Shown: piece by piece, positions 23,101 to 35,400 of the stretch | Position numbering within the stretch: position 1 is the stretch's first letter | How the letters are laid out: every line of letters starts with the position of its first letter | NCBI GenBank assembly: GCA_051362555.1 | Contig: CM120641.1 | Span: 48,986,401-49,050,400 of the forward strand | Source of the DNA: Lingula anatina | Lineage: Eukaryota > Animalia > Brachiopoda | DNA length: 64,000 bases | Direction of reading: 5' to 3' | Made by a program: the position numbers and the translations under genes | The notes under the pieces: model-generated | What the model was told of the DNA's origin: nothing | Database searches by the model: none | The model's input: the letters and a program-made list of their open reading frames with translations, nothing else

Positions 23101-25056
23101 GTAGGTAGATGAAAGTTGAAATGTTTGATCTGAATTTATTGTTTGGAAAGATTTAGAATGTCAAGTTCAACAAATGAGTAAGGGAACAGTTCATAGATAT
23201 AAATGTCATTTGGTAGGTATATCAAGTTCAGGAGATAATGTTTTGTGTTGTGAAGTAGAAGTCACAGTTCAGCAGAGTGATAACTGCAGTACAGGGAAGA
23301 ACATGATATTGTTGCTGGTGAATAATGGATGAAAGGTTTCCAAAATCTGTGATGTAGAACTGAGCCGTCAGTAATTGTAATGCTTGTATTTAATTCTCTA
23401 CACACTCCATACTGATAGAGCTAGCTTAGAGCTATATTTTCATCCACTCCTCAGAAAGCTGTACTGTAAGTGTTTAATGTAAATTTTGGTTATACTAGTA
23501 CATGTATAGGTTTTTGGTCATTTTGGTTTCTGTGTGACAGAAATTTGTTTGGGAAATTGTGTCTTTAATAGTATTTATATCCCTTAACTTGAGGAAAAAT
23601 AATAAATTATCATAAGCTAATATGTTGTGCAAATACAGTGAAATTTAATTTTTTAAAAGGTTATTTGCCAAAGCAGCTTTCGTTAAAAGTTTTGAAAAAT
23701 CCTCTCATCTTTACATCTTGCCTGGTAAATTACAGAGCTGTGTCCATGTAGATGTAGATTGTAGACTTTCATCCCTAGAATACATGGTTTCACTTGACCT
23801 GGGAGGGTTTGTTTGTGTTAGCAACAATATTCAGTGAATTCTCAACTGCATTTAGTTATAGTCTCAACTCTCCTATCAGTCAAATAGTTTGCACTCTTCC
23901 ATAAGGTTACACAAGTGTTACCAGCTGACATTTTGTGTGGTAAACCAGTATTTTTATAGGTATTTATAAATGTTTACAATAGATAATTCATTTTATATAT
24001 GGACAAACTACCAATTTTGGGTTATTGTAAAAATTTCAACCCCAGTCCAATTTCAGCAAATATACTGTAACTTCAAGTTTTCATTCTGAAACCTTTGCAG
24101 GAATTTTAAAATGAACTTTCAGGCGTGGAAGCATAGGACTTCACATAATGTATTGAAATTATCATCTATCAATATTATGTGACCACTAGGGTCATTTGGT
24201 GTACATTGAAATGGTCAGTTAGTATATTTCACACCTCCCCCCTTGCCCCCCCCCCCCCTGGCATGGGGCTGGTCTGTTGTGATGATAAACCATACATTTT
24301 TTATGAGCAGTGACTAATCACTGCTGCCATTGTTCTATAGCTCTAATCAATAAGGTGCGACATATAGCACATTTATACCTCATAATAACCAGACACTGAT
24401 GAGATTCACTAAAATTAGTCTAGACAATTATTAAATTAATTCCTTTAGAATATCGTTCATAAACGTGTATGAAATGTGATACTGAATTCAAGGGTGATGA
24501 TACTTATATCTTCAGTTCTAGGTATAAAACTCTTGTATTATGTATATAATACTAGGTTGATAATTGTGTATTCTGTGTCTTGCCACAGTAGCATTTGTCA
24601 TATATACCTTCAACCTGCACAGAATTATAAAACACTTTGGTTGTACAGTGGCTGCTGGCAGTCCTTGAAAGCAGGAAACATAAATGACACATATTAATGG
24701 CAGCATACCAAGAGTAACAATAGATATGTGACAGAGTTCTAGATGGTGGTGCCACTCTCTCATTGCCTGGGGGACTTCTGGAGATAAGACATCACAGTGA
24801 ACTGGTGGGGAGCCATTGCCAGCACCTGCTGTTAAGGTGTTATATCTACAAACTTGGTACAATTACTGTATTTAGTGGTATATATACATGTATACTCTAG
24901 TAAAATGACAATCTGGACAATATACCCTAAGTTGAGGTAATATAATTGTAATATAATTGATTGTTTGTACTTTCAGACCTGTAAGCAGGATAAGGTGGGG
25001 GAGAGAGTAAAATGAGGAAGAAACACATCAGTTAAGAAGCAGTGATAACATACAAC

Positions 25057-25098
25057 ATGGATTCACCTGAGCCTCAAGATGATGATCTGAAAGGTATG

Positions 25099-25150
<52 letters not shown>

Positions 25151-26445
25151 ATTTTGTTACCTAGGGTCAAGTTAAGTTGTTTTAGTAATTGCAGCTTTCT
25201 AAGTAAAAAATTCTTAAAAGCAAAATAATCAGATTAGATATCAGATTTTTTCAGACAATATTTAGCTCAAATTTTCCATATCAAATACCTTCCACAAAAT
25301 GATAAAAAAGTCTAAAAACAGTAAAAGCATTATTTTAATATGTGAAAGATATAAGAATATAACTTTGACTAAAGATGATCAATATTATAAGTTAAGAAAG
25401 TATTTAAATTTTTTTGTCTAACTTACCCTTGATTTAGTGAAAATTTATCATTAAGCAATTTTGAAAAAAAAAAAAAAATTAAGAGTGACCCAAAAAATAA
25501 AAATGACATACTCTGTACATAGATATTTAGTAGTAGAAAAATAGAAATATTTAAGGTGTTTAGACACAACAGCCAATCTTTAGAACACTACTGTCAGTGA
25601 CTATATTTGGCATAAGTCAATGAAGTACAGAATATTATACCAGATTATGTAGGGGTAACAGCATACATTGTTATGTTCATGTAAATTGTTACAATCATGA
25701 TATTTCTGGTCATTTGACGTAAGGGTGGCCTCGGGATTATAGCCGTCTTGATGTCATATATAGCTTTCTATCAATAACCACTTAAATCTAATGCTATTTA
25801 AATTTATGTACACAGTCATTTAAATCCTACACAGTACACACCACAATGCAGTTCACTATTGTAAATATTTCAGAAAGGACATATTGTAAAGGGTGGATAT
25901 TTGTCCCTATGAAGGTAACAAGGGTTTACTGTTATTCTATTAGTACCCTTGTTTCTTTAACTCTGACCTAATTATTGACAGATCACATAAGGGTAGAATT
26001 TTAGGTTTTATTATAGTAAAATGTATACACATTCTTGTGGTTATGGTCCCAGGTGAAGTAAAAGATACATTGGCCACTGAATTTTCGTCTCTCAAGAACA
26101 GTTCGCCATGTTCCAGGAAACTTCACTAAATACAACTACATCTATTACACATTTAAGTTTTGACCTAATAGCCTAAATAACAGTCATTTGTTGTTCAATA
26201 CAAAAAAGGGTATTCAATAGTACTAGTAGATTTATGTAATATTGGTCTCGGCTGTAATGAAGTTTTTTGTAATTTCTTTGACGATGTTTTCTTTGCAGAC
26301 TGCCACAGCCTCTATTGAACTTTGAAAAAATATACAAAAATTTCAAAGCTAATTAAAATTGGAATTAAGAAGTGGGGTTGGCCTGCAGGTTCTTACTACA
26401 TCATAATGTCCTTTTATTGACCCCAATCTCTCTCTCTCTCTCACA

Positions 26446-26484
<39 letters not shown>

Positions 26485-29400
26485 GGCAGTGATACACATT
26501 GTAATTCACCTCCCAGCCCCATACTGTATATACTACCCAATATCACATTGTGACCAGTTGTTTAGGTCATGTGGGAAAGGTGACAGCCATTGTCCTGTAG
26601 TTCTTAGATGGAATCAGTATTGAATAAACAGATTGGTTACTTGAGTCCACATTACTACCACTGGGTCACTGCTACCATACAGGGTGTGTTTTTAGGCATC
26701 AGTGAACAGTTTCTTTCCTGTCCTATGTGCTAGCTTCAACATTGGACACAGCTAGAATAATGTTAGATAACTGTTTTTTGCTTGACTTACTGAAATTATA
26801 TAGCTTATGTCATGTTTCGAATTATTGAACCATTCAAATGGTTGAATAAATTAAAGGGATTGAGGAATGTTGTGCAAGACAGCAGCTAAAGTGTATAGTA
26901 GTTATATGTACGTACAGTGAATAACTGTGTGTGTATATATATGTGTAAGACATTGTAGGTACTACACAGATTTCTTAGTATGTTATTCATGCAGCTTTCC
27001 CAATGCAATGCTACAGCTGTTACTTCACTTCACTTCTCCACAGAATATGCACCAATCATCACCTCCATTTTAAATTGAAAAATATTGCCTTGCTGCTGGT
27101 ATTAGCAGTGACCTCTCTACAAGGTCTCTTACTTGACTATATTCAGTTTGGAAAAAAAATTAAATTCTGCTTTTGCTGTTATGACTGTATGAATTAAAAA
27201 ATTTCACTAATCCTGGGATGAATTTTAGTTAAAGCTTGTAATTGCATGAACAAATTTCAATTAATTTTTATCAGAGTATATAACATCCATTTTGTTGTGT
27301 GGCTGAATAGTTATTAGTTTAACTGCAGCTGTAAAAGACAGAAACACTTTGAAAGAGATAGACTGAAAGCAAATTAGTTTAACTGCAGCTGTAAAAGACA
27401 GAAACACTTTGAAAGAGATAGACTGAAAGCAAGCAATTGGTAATAATTGTACGTACAGTATTGCTGAAATTTTCAGGCAGAAATTTTCAGAGATATGGCC
27501 TTTTAGCCCCCTTCCCCCAACCTAAAGCATAGTACTTTACTTACACCCCATTTCCACAGATTTTAGATCGATCTATCCCTGTGGGGAGTCTCACTAGATT
27601 ACTGGCAGCTTAGCTGGCTAATTAAGCATCTGTCCTGCCTACTAAAAGCTGTAAGGGGGTAATTAACTACCGTGCTCAGCTGACATCAGTTTAGCGTGAA
27701 CCTCTAGGGATTTAGGTCAATCGAGATGGATCGATCTATATTTATGGGAATGGACTCTTAGTCTTAAGTTTTTCAAACAACCCTATTGTAAGAAGAGCAG
27801 TAGTTGACATATCAGCAGTCTCACAGTGAGATATATTTACACTTGTCAACCCCTCAGTGGGTAGCTGCTTGTACAGAGATGTATCTTTACTGGTGTCTTG
27901 ATCATTTTAGGTGAGCCTGAATTGTTAGTACAAAAATTTAACATGTCTTGATCATTTCGAATGAGTTGGAATTGTTTGCACAAAAATTTATCTTGTCTTG
28001 ATCATTTCAGATGAGTTGGAATTGTTTGTACAAAAATTTATCTTCTCTTGATCATTTCAGTTGAGCAGAAATTGTTAGTGCAAAAATTTATCTTGTCTTG
28101 ATCATTTCAGACTAGGATCCAAAATAAAGAGGATAAGACAGTGGCTCAAACTTCAAAGGGAGTCTCCCGCGGCGCGTGTCTCATGATGCCTTCGGGTTGG
28201 TACGGCGAGCCTCGTTTTCAAATGACCAGGTAGCTTGTCTACGGCAGAGTGAAACGAAGGTCCCGCTTTAGTCGCGTTTTTTTCATTGTATCCGGAGAAT
28301 TTCGTCAAAAGACAAGAGGAGCTGATTAAGGAATATGCAGTGAAGCACCGTGAGTATTTATATTGCAGTTTGTAGCTTCAATAGACAGTAATATCAATTT
28401 CAATATCCCCGTCCGTTAGATTTGCAAAGATGGCGGGCAAATTTACACTGCCGTGCATGTTTACGCTCTCGTTGTTATTTGGCGGATGCACTTTCCGAAT
28501 ATTTGTCAATGCAGAGTTATTCGGAGTACAGTTTTGATATGGCAACACCTTGTAATGTGGGAAACGAAATAAGTTGGATTGTAAAAAGAGCGTAGAAATA
28601 GTGCCCCCAACGCCAATAATGGCGGAGCGATAGTTCTGGGAGGTAGTTTACCTATACAAAAAAACTTTACATGGGACTGGCTTGCTAATTTTAAACCCAC
28701 ATCTATATTGTACGTTTTATAACAAAAGACGTTACGATGGATATTAGTGTATTAGAGTTTTTATTCCAGAGATATCAAGGACTTAAATTGCCTAATCACT
28801 CTAAATTCAACATGGCCGAACGATGTAACGCCGCGGGCCCCTTCTTTTAGATACAAATGCACACAATTATAACTGATATGTCTCATTTTAAACCTGCATC
28901 TATATTGTATGTTTTGGGACAAAAGACGTTACGATGGATATTAGTGGATTAGAGTTTTTATTCCAGAGATATCAAGGACTTAAATTGCCTAATCACTCTA
29001 AATTCAACATGGCCGAACGATGTAACGCCGCGGACCCCTTCTTTTAGATACAAATGCACACAAATATAACTGATATGTCTCATTTTAAACCTGCATCTAT
29101 ATTGTATGTTTTGGGACAAAAGACGTTACAATGGATATTAGTGGATTAGAGTTTTTATTCCAGAGATATCAAGGACTTAAATTGCCTAATCACTCTAATG
29201 TCAACCTGGCTGGATGGTAAAAAACATGACCTTTTTCTTCATAAAAACATATATGTTATTTATTTTTTAACAATGTGGTCCAGAGTTAGTATAACACTGA
29301 CTGGTCGGGTACATAGTAATACATATTTCTTTCCTCAGATGCCAATTAAAAAGAGAAAGAAGATAGGCAAGAAGGTTAAGAATGCCCAGGCCAAGAAATA

Positions 29401-32400
29401 TGGTAAATCAGCAAAGATTTCCAAAGACACAACTACGTATCCAAGGACAAATGACAACAGTGGTAAAGGTTTTTGCATTGTGTATTATACAAATAACCAG
29501 GTGAATTTTATAAATGAAACAAAATGTTGCTGTTATATTCTTATTTAATCTGCCAGCTTGCAACCAGAGTCTTTAATTTTGGAATGCTGTGAATGTGGTG
29601 TATATTATTATTATCATCTTAGATGCCTGTAACATTAAGTTATTTATGATTATTATTAAAACTGGAGTTCTAAATGTTTCTTTCTTATGCAGAATGTGTC
29701 GTGTCACGTCAACAGTTCATTGACTCTGAGGATGACATGCCTTTGAGCAGTCTGAAAGATGTTTCTTCTGACAACTCAGAGACTCAACAGTCAAATGGTA
29801 AGTGATTGATACAATGGATTGGTTTATTTTAATTAATAAAGTGGTTAACATTAATTTATTTGGTATTTTTAAAACTGGAGTTCTAAATGTTCCTTTCTTA
29901 TGCAGAATGTGCAGTGTCAAGTCAACAATCTAGTGAACCTGAGGATGACATGTCTTTAAGCAGCCTGAAGGATGTTTCTTCTGACAACTCAGAGACTCAA
30001 CAGTCACATGGTGAGAATCTTATACAATGAATTGCTTCGTTTTCATCTACTTTGTTCCCTACAACATGAAATTCATGAAGTGTTAGTCAGTTACATTAGT
30101 TCACTTATGAATAATCTTAAGGTGCCATTTAAATAGTTTTATATTTAAGGATATTCTATAGAATTTTCCAGTGACACCTTTATAAATTTTATTGTTTCCA
30201 ATAACACATATTTTCATTTTTCATTTAGGGTCCAGTATACCAACATTTTTTGACAGTCTGCAAACCTGTGCCACTGGGGATTGGCACTTCATGAAGGGTC
30301 CATGTAAAGTGCATCTTTACAAGATGGTGTTCTTTTTTTTTTTTAACTCTATAAGCCATGATTAATAGATAAATGGTGTTGTGGTGACAATTTTGTTGAT
30401 CATAAATGAAATGTTTTGAAGTTTTTTGGGGTTTCAATTTGTTGATAAACTTAGATAAGTAAATGTGTACAGGTTACATTTAACAGGCTGCATCTTATTG
30501 GGAAATTACAGTGATGAATTGCATGAACAAGTGAATTCGTTTAATAAACTTATTTGAACTGTACATCTGGATTTTTTTCACTTGGTGTTTAGGGGGAGAG
30601 AGAACTTTCAAGGGATATTAACTGTTCATTTTGGCCAAAAAATGGCTTTTCCTGGGGTAAAGGACAATTAACCCGTGCTAACCAATGGTTTGTGAATTCA
30701 TTCTGACATTCAAAGTTAGTCCCTGATTTTTTTTCTAAAAGTTTTCTTTTTGTAGTATTTTCTTAAGAGATTATTACAGAGTGCAGACATCTATGGAGAA
30801 CACACAAAGTGATGGCAAGCATAGATTTCAGAATAATTTGATTAACCGCTGTTGTTGTGGTATAATAGCATTTATTTTATTTCTATGATCAATGCATTCA
30901 TTGTGAAATTTGGATCTCTTAGACAGTTAAATGACAGTACAACGCAACAGAAAAACCCAATGTCTATTCAATCTATCAAATTACACAAGAAATCTGAGTT
31001 GAGTGTAAAAAGAGTGCTAAAGAATTTCCTTTACAAGATACAGTAACTATTTACTAACAAATCATCTACTTAACACGCCCTAAATAATTTCCACCTCGGA
31101 TACAAACAGTAATATTCTAATGTCAAGTAATCTCTTAAAATGCACTAAAATATAACTTTCTACATTTGACGTATATATATACTGTTCACATCACTTCACA
31201 AATACTTCATGTTCCCAATTTGACTCATTTTGAAGATGATTTATTCTTAAGAGATTTTCTTAGCCCCTTTTCTTTCAGAGTAGTTTTTGTGATCTGTTGG
31301 TACTTTTCCAAGAGTTTTCTTCGAAAAGAGTTCCCTCTAATGGTAATATAAAGACGTATGAACATGTACATAAGGTCCATTTTTACCTTGGTTGTTGCAC
31401 CTGTTGTCAATTTCTCCCAGTAAAGCCCCCTTTACACTGGACGGCGTCCCTTCTGCGTCCAGCAGTTCGGCCCCATTTGAGAGTTAAAGAATTATAATAC
31501 TTTACGTGCCGACAACTGGCCGATCATTGAGCATTCATTCTGATACCAAATCGATGCTCGTGCCTCCTTATTAAGACCACAGCGATGCCAAATTTCATGG
31601 TCGCAGAAAGGACGCCGTCCAGTGTAAAGGGGGTATAAGAAAGAAGTAAAGAATTTTTCAGAGCAGAATCCCAAATTGGAGAAGTTAAATTGCCATGATG
31701 GTAGTGAATGAGGGTTGGTGTCGAGAATTGTTTGCTAACAATCTCCTCAAGCAATCTTAAAAACAGAAATAACTCATCTGATATGTGAAATAGGCCTCCT
31801 CTATCAAGAGTATTTACCCACTTACATGTATTCTTCAAATACCCAGCAGCCTGACTGCCTTTCCCCATCATCATTGTTTTAATAATGTCACTGTAATGAG
31901 GCTTATTCTTTTTACATTTATCCGATAGCTTTCGGCACATGGCTCCTCCCACATATCTCAATGCTTGTTGTTCCAAGTTTGACATTGAGGGTTTGTCAAC
32001 GAATGAAGAATATAGTTTTGTGTCCATAGAATCTCTGTACTTAACAGTCTCTTTAAAAAGTGCAGTCACTAAGGTATGAAATGTTTGCTTGAAGGCAAAT
32101 GAGCAATAATGCAGACCAGTGATTTCAGCCAAAAATGTAATTCCCTTTCTAGTAAACTCGGATTGTGTCCTGAGTAAGTGAAACTGTGACCACATGCCTT
32201 CCACCTGTGCACTTGGGAGGTTTTTTTTGTCCCCAGAAGTCAAAGCATCCCAAATAAAAGTCTCAAGCCATTTAGGAACCTCTGACAATCTTGAGTGAGT
32301 GACTTTCAGGATTTCTAGTGCATTCAAACCATCCTCAGATAATGAATAAATGCTGTCCCCCAAAACTACATCAATTGCAGTGAGTAGAAGCATCAAAATA

Positions 32401-35400
32401 TTCTGGGTCAACTTCTCTCGGGACAATGCTGAAGCACGCCCCACTGCTGGCATTGGTTTTCTACGGGAAATAGTCTCTAAAGATAATCAGTATAAAAATT
32501 AGGAAAAGAATAATACCAATATCTAATACTGATACAGAAACATTTGTTTATGTTAGAAACAAAACTGGTAAAACCACAAATGTACATATACTTAAATGTG
32601 CAAAGGTACTGTATATGTGGTTAAGATTTTTAAATATACATGAATCTCTATTCTTTATTTAATACTCACTCGCTTTCTTTGTTGGTGGTGGTATGATCTC
32701 ATCCTCCTCTCCTTCAGAATCATCTTCAAAGCTACTGTTTAAAATACTCTCCCAATCAAAATTTTCATCGTCCTCAAAGAACACAAAATCTTCCTTCCCA
32801 TACATGGTGAAGATGTGTAGTGCACAAATGAAAATTGAGTCTCCTTATATAAGACCCTGATTATGCAATTTCACAATGACACATGCCAAAAAGTAATGAG
32901 TCAGTGACATCTTTTGAAATGCCACCATATAAACACAGGTAATCATGGTTGAGTGAATTTGTTGTGCCGTTGATTACGGCGTGTCAACTGGTGACGCGTG
33001 ATCATTTAAGTCACCAGCATTGTTGAACATCATTGGTGAAATAGCTTATCTGTATGTTATGATCTATTAAGTACGTTCTGTTAATTATCTAAAGTTTGTT
33101 TGTCACAGCGACACTCCGAGCTTGGCCTTCGCCGACAATTTGCTGTTATTGTCCTTCTTGGAATCTTCTAACAAAAACATATTTTACGTACAATAATGTA
33201 ACATGATACGAAGTGAACACTTCATGTCGCATAGATAATTCAAAAATCGCCGGAACGACTGGCAAAACCAATGCACATTTTCATCTATTTCATGTCTGCG
33301 TGTTACAATTACCTGTTATAGCCCTTTTTTCTTCTTGTCTGAAAGCATGCTGTTCTTCATAATATTCCAGTGACAACTTTATTTTTTGTTAAACACAATA
33401 TCAAAAAAGAACGTTATGGTATACAGACCCATTTTTTAATACTTCCTGCAATATTTAACGTTAAAACATTTCACGAAATCAACCGCGTTTTGAAACTTAC
33501 AACCAACATGGCGGACGGGAACGTAGCAACCGCGAGAATATACGGTAATGTGCGATAACTGCCTGTGCACGCTTCGTCACGCTAGCCTGACCACACGCTG
33601 TCTACGCTATCAAAACAGCTTAACTAGACAATAGGGGAATGTTTACCCGAAGGTATCATGGTTCAAAGGCGATTTGCCGCTTTCTTATCCTCTTTATTTT
33701 GGATCCTAGTTTCAGATGAGCTAGAACTGGATGAGCTCTGTTCCAGTATGCCACAGCCTGAGACTGAGGGAGAAGATCTGGCGGAACAGCTGACAGAGGT
33801 AAAAACTTCAGACAGAAATACCACAAACTATTTACAGAAAATAATTTAACATTTTAGCAATTGATTAGCATTACCCATATTAACACCCCATTTATTTTAC
33901 GTGCAATAAAGCTGTTATTTTTATCTGCCTAGAGAAAGACGCCTGAAAATGTGATGACTTCCCTAATGTTGCATGTTGGTACTATAATGTTCACTTTTTA
34001 CTGTAATGAGAAAAAGACTGATAAAATATCTTCTAACTGCCCTCTAATTTGGATCTTTGCCAAAGTCCACATTCATTTCAAAAAGCAGAAACTGAGAAGT
34101 CAAAGGTGAACATATTTGCTCAAACTGTGTAATTTAGACACTAACAAAGCCTTGCAGTTGATATTGTAATCCCAGTGAAATAAAGCATACATGTGGCAAA
34201 TCAAGTGAAAAATTAGGGCAGCTATAAAGCCGGATACTTTTCAAAGATCATGAAAGTAAAGGGTGCAGGGTTTGCAAACTAGACACTGGCTTATAAAATG
34301 ACTTGAAAGAATGAGACAACAAATTAGGGCGTAGTCTTTGTTCTGTCTTTGTCTCAGACTTTCAGATAAAAAGGCCATACAAAATATTGTTTGTTGTCTC
34401 AGGAGATGAGTGAAGTTTGTTCAAACAACATCCACACACCAGAAAGTAATCCAATTTGTATTTGAACAGCAGGCTAATTTTACATTGGTTTGAAAGTCTT
34501 TCAGGAAGCTGTTTTTTTAGTGGGGCATGTCGGATTTCAACAGCTACATGCAGTGAGATTTGTTGGTCGTTATTCACTTGATTTGAGTCATTTCAGCAGA
34601 GTATTGATTGACTACTCTTTGTATACAACATATGCTATCAAATGGGAGGCCTTTTTAACAGGGAGTGAAAGTTCAAATATTGTGCAGAATATTGGACTCT
34701 AGTTCTCAGTGTCTTTTAGAATTTAAGGGGAGGATAACTGTTATATTAATTTATAATGACTGTCCTGAAAGAAGGACAAGTAAAAGGATTTGAGGGGGAA
34801 GGAGGAGGGGGGGGGGAGAAATGATTTATGTCAAATTGTCTTCAAATTTGTGAAAATATTTGTTAAAAAATATGTTCAATAATAAGGGTTAATTTTAAAA
34901 TTAACCCTTTCAATTTTCTTTTTTCTGGTGTATGATGTTTTTTTTTTAATCTGAATTAGTTTATTTAATTATATGTCACAATAACTGATATTGCATTGCC
35001 TAAGGAAGTTGGAAAGGTGGGGGTGGGGTATTTAATGGTATTTTTAGATATGGCTCTGAGGACACACAGTATACGTACCATGTTAAATTATTGCCAGCAC
35101 TGTTGACCACTGTAGTGAATACAAAATAAAATATTTAAAAAAAGCTATTTACACCTTAGAACTGTCAGTAAGCCCCACATGTGTAAAGCTGGTCTGTGGG
35201 GCCCTAACAGGTGTAAAAGGGTATATCTTCCTGGAGAAGATTACTCATATACCTGTATTGGAACTGAACAGGTATTACAAGGTATATATATTCCTAGAAA
35301 GAATTCCTAGGAGGCCAGTATTGGCTCTGAACAGGTATAGAGAGGTAAATATTCCTAGAGAGAATTTCTTGGAGGCCAGTATTGGCCCCGAACAGGTATA

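Larger units (their letters stand above)
28112..33709. mobile_element. 5.6-kb non-autonomous TIR DNA transposon with passenger genes (superfamily uncertain: Academ-like ends, P-like TSD)
   Basis: 27-bp perfect TIR CTAGGATCCAAAATAAAGAGGATAAGA (28112-28138 and 33683-33709) with 7-bp TSD TTTCAGA (28105-28111 and 33710-33716). No DDE transposase ORF was recognised. Confidence 0.9.

Noticed and set aside
33050-33360. Additional small exons within the TIR element
   Set aside because: Splice-like signals exist, but no convincing joined ORF could be built.
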